This document shows positions 8,365-16,814 of a stretch of DNA of 32,750 nucleotides, piece by piece. The position numbers and the translations under genes are program-made. The notes under the pieces are model-generated. The model searched no databases. It was given only the letters and a program-made list of their open reading frames with translations, and had not been told where the DNA came from. This DNA is from a virus, in the IMG/VR virus record IMGVR_UViG_3300040770_000333, positions 1 to 32,750 of that record; one strand, 5' to 3'. Position 1 is the first letter of the stretch, and every line of letters starts with the position of its first letter.

Positions 8365-8410
8365 ATCAAATTTTAAAAAAGCCGAGCAGGCATAATCAAA
8401 AAACAAAGAT

Positions 8411-8713
8411 ATGGAAATTCAAGAAAAAACACATGATTTCACATCACAAAAAATAAAAGTACAATATAACGGTCAAGTTCAAACTCTTTCATTCATAGAA
8501 ATTGAAGCGATATTAGATGAAAAAGTAAATATTAGGTCAAGTATTCCTTTTGCTGTTTGGAGTAAAAAAAGAATTATAACACAATCTAGAACGCTTTCAA
8601 ACTTCGCTCAAAACTTTGCTTATTTCCTAAGGCAAAAAATGTATTTCGATTCGGAAACGGTATTTGTAATGAATATTCAGGTAGGCGGTGTTCAACTTTT
8701 TAATCTTAACTAA
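8411..8713 (+). CDS. Hypothetical early protein
   Basis: 100-aa ORF in the same-strand early operon. Confidence 0.5.
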   Translation: MEIQEKTHDFTSQKIKVQYNGQVQTLSFIEIEAILDEKVNIRSSIPFAVWSKKRIITQSRTLSNFAQNFAYFLRQKMYFDSETVFVMNIQVGGVQLFNLN

Positions 8714-8714
8714 G

Positions 8715-8921
8715 ATGAAGCTAAAAAAAATAAAATCAGAAATAAAAGCAGGAAAAAAGGCTTTAAAAATGTACGACAATATTACAGACAAGTACCCAAG
8801 AGAGGAACGAAACAAAGATGTTTTTGAAATCAATGAGGAATTGAATCGCTTGCAAAATCTACATGATTTAAAAGTAGAAAAAAAGATTGCTAAACTTAAA
8901 AATAATTTGGCATGGTGTTAA
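8715..8921 (+). CDS. Hypothetical early protein (Lys-rich, coiled-coil-like)
   Basis: ORF 8688-8921. The start is placed at the Met at 8715, directly after the upstream stop at 8711-8713. Confidence 0.45.
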   Translation: MKLKKIKSEIKAGKKALKMYDNITDKYPREERNKDVFEINEELNRLQNLHDLKVEKKIAKLKNNLAWC

Positions 8922-9124
8922 AAGATTCAATTTACAAAACGCCTTCGGGAAAATTGTTACAAGTAGTTGAAGTAAAAGATAGTGGTTTTCATCACTTAAT
9001 GAAAATTGACAAAGAAGGTAATCCTATTCAAGAAATTAGAAACCGATCAGGTCACGTTGTTTACAGGACCTACTTTGTCTATTCAGAAGAAACGATTAAT
9101 TCATTTAAAAAGCAGAGATCATGA
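8912..9124 (+). CDS. Hypothetical early protein
   Basis: 70-aa ORF with a short overlap with both neighbours. Confidence 0.45.
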   Translation: MVLKDSIYKTPSGKLLQVVEVKDSGFHHLMKIDKEGNPIQEIRNRSGHVVYRTYFVYSEETINSFKKQRS

Positions 9125-9285
9125 AAATAGAAATAAGAAAAGTTGATGGTAAGTGGCTAATTAACGGAATGCCATACAATCAAGTAAGTGACAAAGAAAA
9201 GCAATTCTTTGATGAATTTATCCTTTACATGAGATGGGAAAAAGGAAAAGAAGATCATGACGAAAAAATAAAACAAGCATCATGA
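9121..9285 (+). CDS. Small hypothetical protein (54 aa, below the ORF-track cutoff)
   Basis: ATGA overlap with the upstream stop. Translates as MKIEIRKVDGKWLINGMPYNQVSDKEKQFFDEFILYMRWEKGKEDHDEKIKQAS. It fills an otherwise non-coding gap. Confidence 0.4.
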   Translation: MKIEIRKVDGKWLINGMPYNQVSDKEKQFFDEFILYMRWEKGKEDHDEKIKQAS

Positions 9286-9401
9286 ATTACGATGAAGAAA
9301 AAACCAACAGATTATTTAGTGTGTTTTGTTACGCTATGCTTCTTGCACTTATTGCGGGAGTATTATTAGGATCGTTTATCACTTATTTTTTAGTGAAGTA
9401 G
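9282..9401 (+). CDS. Small single-pass membrane protein (39 aa)
   Basis: ATGA overlap with the preceding small ORF. Translates as MNYDEEKTNRLFSVFCYAMLLALIAGVLLGSFITYFLVK, with one clear TM helix. Confidence 0.35.
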   Translation: MNYDEEKTNRLFSVFCYAMLLALIAGVLLGSFITYFLVK

Positions 9402-9456
9402 AAATAAAAAAAGTAAAATAATAATAATAATAATCAAATTTAAAACAGAGCTTAAA

Positions 9457-9888
9457 ATGGAAAATCAATTATCAAAAAAAGAAACATCTTCATTGCAGTC
9501 ATTTGATCTAAGTGGCGAATTACCAAACTTACAACAAGCAAAAGTATTGCCAGCTGATCTAACGAGTGAGTACTGGACGCCAACAGTTGAAGGGGAGTTT
9601 AAGTTTGGCTTTTTTCAAGAAGTAAAGTCAAGTACTTACACTGATGAAAAAAGCGGAGAACAGATAGAGCTGCCTTGCATTATTTTCTTAGTTCAAGATG
9701 CAAAAGGAGATTTGAAAACAATACGAAATGGTTCAAAAAGACTGGTTGCCTCTTTAGAAGATGCAGTTAATTCAGGTAAAATTCAACAAGGAACTCCTTT
9801 GAGAATTGAGTACTTGGGAAAAGAAAAGAACGCTACTAATGCTTTCAAATCTGACAGATGGAGTGTAAAACCATTAATCATAGGATAA
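9457..9888 (+). CDS. Hypothetical protein translationally coupled to the exonuclease (possible recombination partner)
   Basis: 143-aa ORF. Its stop overlaps the exonuclease start (TAATG at 9886-9890). No family recognised. Confidence 0.5.
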   Translation: MENQLSKKETSSLQSFDLSGELPNLQQAKVLPADLTSEYWTPTVEGEFKFGFFQEVKSSTYTDEKSGEQIELPCIIFLVQDAKGDLKTIRNGSKRLVASLEDAVNSGKIQQGTPLRIEYLGKEKNATNAFKSDRWSVKPLIIG

Positions 9889-11096
9889 TGGAATCGCAAA
9901 CTTTAAAACTGCCGAATCTACATTCGGCAGTCATTTCAGATAATGAAATGCTGGACAAATCAATAGACTTTACTAGACCATTAGCAGAATACCCCACGGT
10001 TCAGAAAATAGCAGAATTTCTCAAATTAGACATTAAGCCAAAACACATTTATACCGAATCATTAAACATCAACGGTTTAGTGGTTCAAGATGCAATGGAA
10101 AAATATCTAGAAAATAATGCTTTAAGTTCTTCAATGTTCAAAGCGGCCTTAAAAACTCCATTACATTTTGAGTTCGCAAAAAGTGAGGATAAAGAAGAAT
10201 TGGAAAAAATTAAAGGTACTCCAGCTTATTTTAATCTAGGTACTTTTTTGCACCAGGCAATTTTAGAACCAACAAAATTTAGCCGTGTAATAGTTGAACC
10301 AGACTTTAAACTTAACACAACCGAAGGTGTAGAATCCATGATTAAATTTTGGGAAGATAAAATACAATCAAATGGGTTTGCAGTTATTGAAAATGAAGAA
10401 ATTGAACATGCATTAGCAATTGGACTTACCAAAGAATCTATCCTGAAATTAGGATTAAGCTTGGATAAAATTGACGGTAAAAGAAAGTACTGTGATTTGT
10501 TGAAAAAGCATTCAGACTTGGAGCCAGTTACTACTGAAAATTTCTTAAAAATTCAAATTCTAAAAAAGCATTATGAAAATTACGGGGGCGGCATCTTAAA
10601 AAGGTTGTTACACCATTCTAAACGTGAAATTTCAATGTATCTAAAGGATAAATCCACGGGATTGAACGTAAAAATAAGGCCAGATGCAATTCAGTTTGAA
10701 GAAAACATAGGTGTAAATGCTATTATATCTGTAAAGAGTTCAGGAATTGAGGATTTGAAAGCTTTTTATTATCAGGCAGCAAAACTGAATTATGATCTTT
10801 CTGAAGGGATGTACCAAGAAGTAGCGACTTCATGTACAGAGAGAGATTTCAATACTACAATTATGGTAATGCTTCAAACTGTAGCTCCTTACGCTATTGC
10901 TATTCTAGTATGGTCCGCTGAAGATATAGAAATGGGAAAACACAAGTATCATTTTGCTTTAAATAGTGCAAAGGAAATTATTGATAAAAAATCTATAAAA
11001 GGATACGAGGTTTTTTCAGAAGAAGAAAATTTCGGACTTATACAAATGAGTTTACCAAATTGGAACCAACAAGAATACTTACCAGTAAATATTTAA
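9888..11096 (+). CDS. PD-(D/E)XK exonuclease, RecE/Exo VIII-like (DUF3799-type)
   Basis: GTFLHQAILEP is typical of this family's N-terminal motif. IRPDAI ... AIISVKSSG fits a D ... (D/E)-x-K-type nuclease core. The start is set at the Met overlapping the upstream stop; the ORF track begins at 9858. Confidence 0.55.
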   Translation: MESQTLKLPNLHSAVISDNEMLDKSIDFTRPLAEYPTVQKIAEFLKLDIKPKHIYTESLNINGLVVQDAMEKYLENNALSSSMFKAALKTPLHFEFAKSEDKEELEKIKGTPAYFNLGTFLHQAILEPTKFSRVIVEPDFKLNTTEGVESMIKFWEDKIQSNGFAVIENEEIEHALAIGLTKESILKLGLSLDKIDGKRKYCDLLKKHSDLEPVTTENFLKIQILKKHYENYGGGILKRLLHHSKREISMYLKDKSTGLNVKIRPDAIQFEENIGVNAIISVKSSGIEDLKAFYYQAAKLNYDLSEGMYQEVATSCTERDFNTTIMVMLQTVAPYAIAILVWSAEDIEMGKHKYHFALNSAKEIIDKKSIKGYEVFSEEENFGLIQMSLPNWNQQEYLPVNI

Positions 11097-11108
11097 ATAA
11101 AAAAAAAC

Positions 11109-11396
11109 ATGGGAAAATCAAGAACTATGAGTATTTGCGTTTCAGATATTCCAAAAGAAAAGCTATTAAAGCACCAAAACGGGAAAGTGTATTTATTACT
11201 ACAAACTTATGATTATGACGCACCAGACAAGTTTGATAACGATTTTTCAGTTTCGATGCAACTTACAAAAGAAGAACAGGAACTAAAAAAAGCGGGCGGC
11301 GAAGTGAAGAGAACTTTTCTAGGAAACGGTAGAATCTGGGAAGATCAAGGAATGCAAGCTTTGACAGCAGAAGAGGCAGATGACTTACCATTTTAA
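11109..11396 (+). CDS. Small acidic-tailed protein with an SSB-type C-terminal tip (DDLPF)
   Basis: 95 aa ending in ...TAEEADDLPF, which resembles the conserved SSB C-terminal interaction peptide (D-D-D-I/L-P-F). It lies in the recombination/replication block. Confidence 0.5.
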   Translation: MGKSRTMSICVSDIPKEKLLKHQNGKVYLLLQTYDYDAPDKFDNDFSVSMQLTKEEQELKKAGGEVKRTFLGNGRIWEDQGMQALTAEEADDLPF

Positions 11397-11419
11397 ACTA
11401 TTGACTTAACATTTTTAGT

Positions 11420-11719
11420 ATGGCAAATTTTTATAAGTGTTCCAACGGTGAAAAGTTCACAACTGCCCAAGTGGAATATAGAATGAGAATTGCCAAAGCT
11501 GCTGCATTAGAAAATCAATTTAATGAATTTGATTATAATTTTTGCGAAGAGTGCGGACGAAATGCTTCAAACACAAGGTTAGATTGTTCTCATGATATTT
11601 CAGTAAAAAAGGCTAAAGAAAACGGACAAACTGAACAATGCTGGAATGTAGGTAACATCACTATTCTTTGCAGGGAATGCCACCAAGAAAAAGATAAACT
11701 TAATACGCAATTCACATGA
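11420..11719 (+). CDS. HNH endonuclease
   Basis: 99 aa. CEECG ... CSHDISVKK ... NITILCRECHQEKD gives the CxxC ... H ... N ... CxxCH HNH zinc-finger pattern. Confidence 0.8.
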   Translation: MANFYKCSNGEKFTTAQVEYRMRIAKAAALENQFNEFDYNFCEECGRNASNTRLDCSHDISVKKAKENGQTEQCWNVGNITILCRECHQEKDKLNTQFT

Positions 11720-12084
11720 AAAATTTCGACATAACAAACCAAGCTGTTACACAAGTAAAAGAGAATAATCGGAAATACTATGAGCAGGTAATTTTATTTG
11801 CCCAAAATTGGGTAAAAAAGCAATTTAAGGGCTTTACAAGCGAGAATTTAAAAGAAGCCTACTACTCGCATGGAAATTTAAAACCAATCGAACCTAGAGT
11901 ATTCGGAGCCGTTTTTAGAGAGCTTTCAAAAGAAGGTTTGATATTTAAAAATGGTTTTGAATTATCTAAAAACCCAAAATGCCATTCCAGACCGCAACAA
12001 ATTTGGATCAGCAAAGAATACCGGTTAAAACAGCAGAATAATAGAAAAGTAGATCATCAAACATTAGGATTATTTAATAATTAA
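11716..12084 (+). CDS. Hypothetical early protein
   Basis: 122-aa ORF with an ATGA overlap with the HNH gene. Confidence 0.5.
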   Translation: MKNFDITNQAVTQVKENNRKYYEQVILFAQNWVKKQFKGFTSENLKEAYYSHGNLKPIEPRVFGAVFRELSKEGLIFKNGFELSKNPKCHSRPQQIWISKEYRLKQQNNRKVDHQTLGLFNN

Positions 12085-12097
12085 AAACCAAAAAAAA

Positions 12098-12544
12098 ATG
12101 TCACATTTTAAAATTGGTCAGCATTACGACCGAGCATTTCAAGCGATGCAAGCTTCTGAAATCAAAGATAACTTAGAAGCAGTTGCTTATGGTATTCAAG
12201 AATCAAGTTACACAAAGAATCTTACTGAAGATGAAATTGTCGAGCGAAAAGATGAGTATTCAGCTATTGGAATTCAACTTTCCGAAATAGCAGAACAGAA
12301 ATCAGAAGCAATGAACCGATTTAAAAAATTAGAGAAGGAACCAAAAGAAAACGCATCGATTCTTTTGAAGTCAATAAAATTCAAATCCGAGCAAATGCAT
12401 GGAAAGTTGTTTTTAGTAGATGACCAAGAAGCTGGAATGATGTACTTTTTTGATGTAACTGGAATTTGTGTAGATGCTAGGCCATTGACCAAGCAAGAGA
12501 AACAAACTAAAATAAAAACACTAAAAACAGCAAGCAATGAATAG
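12098..12544 (+). CDS. Hypothetical early protein
   Basis: 148-aa ORF in the same-strand operon. Confidence 0.5.
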   Translation: MSHFKIGQHYDRAFQAMQASEIKDNLEAVAYGIQESSYTKNLTEDEIVERKDEYSAIGIQLSEIAEQKSEAMNRFKKLEKEPKENASILLKSIKFKSEQMHGKLFLVDDQEAGMMYFFDVTGICVDARPLTKQEKQTKIKTLKTASNE

Positions 12545-13256
12545 CGATAAAGTAGTTACAACCATGATTGAAAAAGAGGTGAAACAAGTGATTATTCTGG
12601 AAGGAAAAGCACCAGAACAATACAACAACCAACCCGTAAATATTTCGGGCAATATCGATGCTCCTTCAAGGTTTATCGAGGGAAGAAAAAAAGATTTTGA
12701 AGATAGCAGAAAACATTGTAAAGTTTCAAAAACTGATGGTATAATTACCTTGATTTTGAACGAACAAAGCGTAGTTGATAAATATGTGGTTCAAGGTAAA
12801 ATTGAAGTGGCAAAGAAGTTTACGTCACTTGGAATTAACAATGATAAAATAAGCTATGAACCCGAAGAATTGGCAAATAAATTAAAGCTTTTACGCTCCA
12901 TGTTTGTAAGTAATATAGAGCATTCTAACATATGCTCAACTCTTAGAAATTTAAAAGCAAAAATCAATTCTCAAATAGAAAGCCTGAACGACAGAAAAGG
13001 GAATGTTACTGAAAACTTTAAACAAACGGTACATAGTAACATGCCAGATTCAATTAAATTAAAACTACCTCTTTTAGAAGGAGAAGAACCAATTGAAATT
13101 GAAGTAAATGTTATTCTTGAAGCAAACGGTGGTTCAGGTATTCTTTGTTCCTTAGAAAGCATTGATGCTGCCGAATTAATAGAAACACAATTTTCAGAAC
13201 GTGTGAATCAAGAAGTCGAAAAAATCAAATCATTTGTAACTGTTATTGAATATTAA
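12537..13256 (+). CDS. Hypothetical early protein
   Basis: 239-aa ORF overlapping the upstream gene by 8 nt. Confidence 0.5.
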   Translation: MNSDKVVTTMIEKEVKQVIILEGKAPEQYNNQPVNISGNIDAPSRFIEGRKKDFEDSRKHCKVSKTDGIITLILNEQSVVDKYVVQGKIEVAKKFTSLGINNDKISYEPEELANKLKLLRSMFVSNIEHSNICSTLRNLKAKINSQIESLNDRKGNVTENFKQTVHSNMPDSIKLKLPLLEGEEPIEIEVNVILEANGGSGILCSLESIDAAELIETQFSERVNQEVEKIKSFVTVIEY

Positions 13257-13308
13257 TCTTAATCGGGAGTGTAAAAGCTCCCTATTAACAGAAACAAAGT
13301 AAAAATGT

Positions 13309-14178
13309 ATGGCTAGACCTAAAAAAGAAAATGCGGAATATTTTTCACATGATTCCGGGATGAGGAATGATCCTAAGATAAAAGCTTTGAGAAGAAGGTT
13401 TTCAATTGGTTATTCAGTTTATAACATGTTCTTGGAGTATTTGACCGATTGCAGTTTTTTTGAATTTGAAATGAATGATTTGCAATATGAAATTTTAGCT
13501 GGAGACTTTGATGTTGAAACTGAAACTTTAATTCAAATTTTGGATTACTGTGTTAAAATAGGGCTATTAGAACGACAAAATAATGTCTTTTTTTCGAATG
13601 GATTAAAGAAAAGACTTCAAACAGTTTTGGATAAGAGAAACAACTCAAAAAACAAGTTTCTGAATCAGAAACCAACCGAAAAAGCAAAAGAAGTACATGA
13701 AAGTGTAGTTTCTGTGACAGAAACTACACAAAGTAAAGTAAAGGAAAGTAAAGTAAAGGAAAGTATAGTTCTTTTAAAAAAAGAACCAAAAGAGGCGATT
13801 ATTGAGGTTGTAAAAATACAATATCCATTTTTTACAGAAAATTTTAAAACGCAATGGCAGCTTTGGAAAGTTTATAAATCAAAGGAATTTAATTTTAAAT
13901 ACAAATCAATTGAAAGTGAACAAGCTGCGCTTACAGAATTATCAAATCTTTCTCAAAAAAGCGAAAAAAAAGCTATTGAAATTATAAACCAGTCAATGGC
14001 AAAGGGCTGGAAAGGATTTTTTGAATTAAAAAATAATACTCAAAATGGAAAACAATTTAATAATTCAGGACCAAGTACAAATACGGGGTACAAACCTGCC
14101 ACAGTTGATCGAGAAAGACTTATTCAAGAGCTTACCTATGATGCTGCAAATGGAAATATCCCAGGTCAATATCAATAA
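13309..14178 (+). CDS. Replication-initiation-associated protein with a DUF4373 (Lin1244/Lin1753-like) N-terminal domain
   Basis: The N-terminus MARPKKENAEYFSHDSGMRNDPKIKALRRRFSIGYSVYNMFLEYL matches the characteristic YFxHD ... DxKI ... G pattern of DUF4373 phage replication proteins. It contains a KVKES x2 mini-repeat. Confidence 0.6.
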   Translation: MARPKKENAEYFSHDSGMRNDPKIKALRRRFSIGYSVYNMFLEYLTDCSFFEFEMNDLQYEILAGDFDVETETLIQILDYCVKIGLLERQNNVFFSNGLKKRLQTVLDKRNNSKNKFLNQKPTEKAKEVHESVVSVTETTQSKVKESKVKESIVLLKKEPKEAIIEVVKIQYPFFTENFKTQWQLWKVYKSKEFNFKYKSIESEQAALTELSNLSQKSEKKAIEIINQSMAKGWKGFFELKNNTQNGKQFNNSGPSTNTGYKPATVDRERLIQELTYDAANGNIPGQYQ

Positions 14179-14218
14179 TGCTCCAGCAGAGACAAAACTA
14201 AATCTTGCCGATGATGTG

Positions 14219-14884
14219 ATGAGATTGTTGCAGGTTCGAGAAAGAAACTCTGAAATGGCAAAGGATTGGTTATTGTTTATTTCTACTTCAAATTTTAAGA
14301 TTACAGCTGGTGAAATTTATTTGGCATTTAAGATGGCTTTGAGTAGAGAAATTTTGGATTCAAACGGAAAGGAAATTGATTTGTTCCCAGAATTAAGCAA
14401 CAACACCACGGGAAAAGTTATTTCTGCATACCTAAAACACAAAAACGAAAGTTTAAAGTATCAGAATGCAAAAGAAAAATTAAAGTGCCTTGAAACGCCT
14501 AAAAAAGAGTTTACTGAAATTGAAATAAAAAGCATTCGAGAAGATTTTTTAAAAACAATCTTTGATGAAATTACTTTAAATGGTTTTAGTATTGATGCTC
14601 ATCATTTGTTTTTAGACTTAGAAAAGTCTGGAAAACTTATAATTTCAATTGAAGAAAAGAAAAAGCTTTATAATCAACAACTTCAAATTTATATTTCTGC
14701 CCAAAAAGAAGAGATAAGATTGAAGGGTTCATTTTCAGTAAATCATTTGCTAAAAGACTTTGATAAAAGAATAAATTCTGGAAAACCATTGATTTATGTG
14801 GTCAATAAATGCAGAAGTATAACAGTTTCAAATTACTTGAAAAATCATTTAGAAGATTTCGAAGTTTTCAAGAAAGCGTTGTAA
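14219..14884 (+). CDS. Hypothetical replication-module protein (start uncertain)
   Basis: ORF 14045-14884 overlaps the upstream gene by 134 nt. In-frame Met codons lie at 14138, 14141, 14150 and 14219. The first Met past the upstream stop was chosen. Confidence 0.45.
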   Translation: MRLLQVRERNSEMAKDWLLFISTSNFKITAGEIYLAFKMALSREILDSNGKEIDLFPELSNNTTGKVISAYLKHKNESLKYQNAKEKLKCLETPKKEFTEIEIKSIREDFLKTIFDEITLNGFSIDAHHLFLDLEKSGKLIISIEEKKKLYNQQLQIYISAQKEEIRLKGSFSVNHLLKDFDKRINSGKPLIYVVNKCRSITVSNYLKNHLEDFEVFKKAL

Positions 14885-15090
14885 TGAAAGCTAAAATACT
14901 CCAGATCGTAAACAAAAAACACAGAGCAAGCAAAGGGAGTTGTGGAACTTACTTCAAAGATTTTATAAAAGAATTACAAATTCCATTAACCGAGTTTGAA
15001 CAGATCATTTCTGAAATGTACAACAATGATGAAATCCAAATCAGAGAAGGGATAAATGGGTTTCTAGTCATGAAAAAAGCAAAATTATGA
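14884..15090 (+). CDS. Hypothetical small protein
   Basis: ORF 14809-15090. The start is set at the Met in the TAATG overlap with the upstream stop (14882-14886). Confidence 0.45.
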   Translation: MKAKILQIVNKKHRASKGSCGTYFKDFIKELQIPLTEFEQIISEMYNNDEIQIREGINGFLVMKKAKL

Positions 15091-15275
15091 ATGATCCCAA
15101 CCAAGTAATTATTGCTAAGGCAATTTCAAAAGAGAATACCTATTTCATTTTCAGAAAAAATTCAGAAGAGGTAACACTTTCTTTAGAAGATACAGGATTA
15201 AAATCCAATCACAAACTAACTAACTCGGAAGTTCAATTCTTGAAAGAAGAATATTCATTTTTCTTTAAAAAATAA
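15087..15275 (+). CDS. Hypothetical small protein
   Basis: 62-aa ORF with an ATGA overlap with the upstream gene. Confidence 0.45.
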   Translation: MNDPNQVIIAKAISKENTYFIFRKNSEEVTLSLEDTGLKSNHKLTNSEVQFLKEEYSFFFKK

Positions 15276-15302
15276 AAATTTTAAACCTAAAAACTAATAG
15301 TA

Positions 15303-15473
15303 ATGAGTAAAAATAACCATTGTAACGTGTGCGGTTTTCCAGAAGAATCCTGCTTACACCAGCTTTTTAAACAGGCTAAAATAAGAGATACAAGGCTAAA
15401 CTGCATGTTGTGGTTCTCAATAGGTTTTGTTGCTGCAATAGGAATTATATTGATTGAAATATTGTGGGATTAA
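15303..15473 (+). CDS. Small CxxC-containing membrane protein (56 aa, below the ORF-track cutoff)
   Basis: Translates as MSKNNHCNVCGFPEESCLHQLFKQAKIRDTRLNCMLWFSIGFVAAIGIILIEILWD, with one TM helix. Its stop codon TAA is part of the GATTAAC box of the first attC-like site. Confidence 0.4.
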   Translation: MSKNNHCNVCGFPEESCLHQLFKQAKIRDTRLNCMLWFSIGFVAAIGIILIEILWD

Positions 15474-15597
15474 CGGACGTTGTCGCCACTTAGCTAGGTT
15501 GTGGAGTTATGAAAACGATTACTTTCTGCTTAATGTAAAAGTTTTTTAGAAACGGAAATTCCACTAAAACCGCAATCTTGCTAAATGGCTGTTGGCG
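15468..15597 (+). repeat. attC-like site 1 (130 nt imperfect hairpin)
   Basis: AAC box GATTAAC (15468-15474). 20-nt arm GCCACTTAGCTAGGTTGTGG (15485-15504) pairs with CCGCAATCTTGCTAAATGGC (15570-15589) and has a C.A mismatch at stem position 5. One nt (T) follows, then GTT box GTTGGCG (15591-15597). Confidence 0.55.
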
Positions 15598-15610
15598 GTA
15601 GGTTTTATTT

Positions 15611-15913
15611 TTATATAGATTCAAAAATCGCATCGTTTATTTTTTTTCGGCTTTCTGGGTTTATTAAATAGGATTGTAATAAGTTATATAAATCCATATT
15701 TCCAGAACTGCCACCACTAATATTTAAAGTGTCACAAAAAACAGTTACCGCACTTCTTATGTCATTTGTATCGATTGTTTGAGTTTGTGACCCACTTATT
15801 TGTTCTTTGACTTTCTGTAATCTCGGTTTTCCGTCAAATTGATATTGGCTAAACTGAGATAAAAAGTCAATTAACTTTTCGTGTCGAATTTGATGTTCAT
15901 TTATACGTTCCAT
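15611..15913 (-). CDS. Cassette-1 hypothetical protein (minus strand)
   Basis: 100-aa ORF with no competing plus-strand ORF in an AT-rich background. It is divergent from the mini P-loop gene, with only 18 nt between their start codons. Confidence 0.5.
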   Translation of the reverse strand: MERINEHQIRHEKLIDFLSQFSQYQFDGKPRLQKVKEQISGSQTQTIDTNDIRSAVTVFCDTLNISGGSSGNMDLYNLLQSYLINPESRKKINDAIFESI

Positions 15914-15931
15914 TATTTTAAATTATTTATT

Positions 15932-16180
15932 ATGAAAAAATCAGTTTTATTATTTGGGCTTAGAGCCTCAGGAAAAACAACTAAACTTAGAGAAATTCTC
16001 TCTGAAACTCCAACCTCTTTTGTGCTAGATGGAGCAATATCTGTTAAAGAAATATCTGCTCTTTATTCGCAAGCAATTAATGCTAATTCATTTTGTATTG
16101 TAGCAACTTTATTGGATGAGTTAGATTTTCCAAGTCATGTATTGTCAAATTTTGAGCTTATACGTTGTGACTTTCGCTAA
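15932..16180 (+). CDS. Cassette-1 miniature P-loop NTPase-like protein (82 aa)
   Basis: The Met at 15932 gives MKKSVLLFGLRASGKTTKL (Walker A GxxxxGKT), followed later by FCIVATLLDE (Walker-B-like hhhhDE). The ORF track starts further upstream at 15881. Confidence 0.5.
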   Translation: MKKSVLLFGLRASGKTTKLREILSETPTSFVLDGAISVKEISALYSQAINANSFCIVATLLDELDFPSHVLSNFELIRCDFR

Positions 16181-16186
16181 ACTTAC

Positions 16187-16319
16187 TGCCAACGGTCGCA
16201 GGCTTGCAGAAGTGGCAAAAAAGTAAGCCTTAATTTTCGGTTAAAGACCGAGCCACAAAGACACAAAAACAACTTTAAATTAAACCTGAACTTGCCATTT
16301 TTGCAAACCTGTGTTAGCA
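16187..16319 (+). repeat. attC-like site 2 (133 nt imperfect hairpin)
   Basis: TGCCAAC (16187-16193), 5-nt spacer GGTCG, then arm CAGGCTTGCAGAAGTGGCAA (16199-16218) pairing with TTGCCATTTTTGCAAACCTG (16292-16311). The stem has a C.A mismatch at position 5 and two G.T pairs. One T follows, then GTTAGCA (16313-16319). Confidence 0.6.
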
Positions 16320-16346
16320 TTAGTGCGGTTCTTAAAAATAAAAATT

Positions 16347-16808
16347 ATGAGCTTTTTAAAAGAAACTTTAGAAACTGTGCAATGTGATAATTGCAAAACT
16401 ACCTACCAAGATGAAAGTACTGGTTACGCTTTTTGGCTTGATAAAAACGATGCTTGGGAATGTTCTAATGAAGATGGTTGGACAGAAAATAGTGAAAAAC
16501 ATTATTGTCCAAAATGCCACAATTACAACGATGAAGATGAATTGATAATAAATACAGAAAGAACAAAAATAGACAAAAGTGTTTTTCCTGAACATTTATT
16601 GGATAATATAACTGCTGAACCTTTTGATTATTTTTTAGGAGTTGATACTTATGATAAAAAAGCATTGGCTTTATGTCTATCAAGAAAAACAGAAAAAGGA
16701 GTTGAAATTTTATTATCAAGGGTTTCACAAGACGAAGTTTCTTTTGAAAATGAAGTAAAATTATTATCAGAATTATTTAATGCAAACGTCTTAAGAACGC
16801 AATCGTAG
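16347..16808 (+). CDS. Cassette-2 protein with an N-terminal zinc-ribbon-like CxxC ... CxxC motif
   Basis: The ATG at 16347 gives MSFLKETLETVQCDNCKT ... HYCPKCHN. The ORF-track start at 16311 is a GTG that lies inside the GTT box of attC-like site 2. Confidence 0.55.
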   Translation: MSFLKETLETVQCDNCKTTYQDESTGYAFWLDKNDAWECSNEDGWTENSEKHYCPKCHNYNDEDELIINTERTKIDKSVFPEHLLDNITAEPFDYFLGVDTYDKKALALCLSRKTEKGVEILLSRVSQDEVSFENEVKLLSELFNANVLRTQS

Positions 16809-16814
16809 CATTGA

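Noticed and set aside
9417-9434. An (AAT)x6 microsatellite in the intergenic region before ORF 9457.
   Set aside because: It is short and lies in an AT-rich intergenic leader. It is most simply low-complexity sequence, with no evidence of function.
13732-13765. A 15-bp tandem repeat (AGTAAAGTAAAGGAA x2.3) encoding KVKESKVKES in the DUF4373 protein.
   Set aside because: It is a small in-frame linker duplication within a Lys/Glu-rich linker region. It is not distinctive enough to treat as a finding.
16311-16346. Upstream extended starts proposed by the ORF track: GTG at 16311, GTG at 21780, GTG at 27074 and ATG at 15881.
   Set aside because: - 16311 lies inside the GTT box of an attC-like site.
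- 21780 lies inside the conserved leader hairpin.
- 27074 crosses a terminator hairpin.
- 15881 overlaps the divergent gene.

In each case a downstream ATG gives a sensible protein N-terminus.
16368-16728. Minus-strand ORFs 16368-16595 and 16465-16728 inside cassette 2.
   Set aside because: They are antisense to a plus-strand ORF with a credible zinc-ribbon motif. Their translations are Phe/Ile/Leu-rich low-complexity sequence, typical of shadows in AT-rich DNA.
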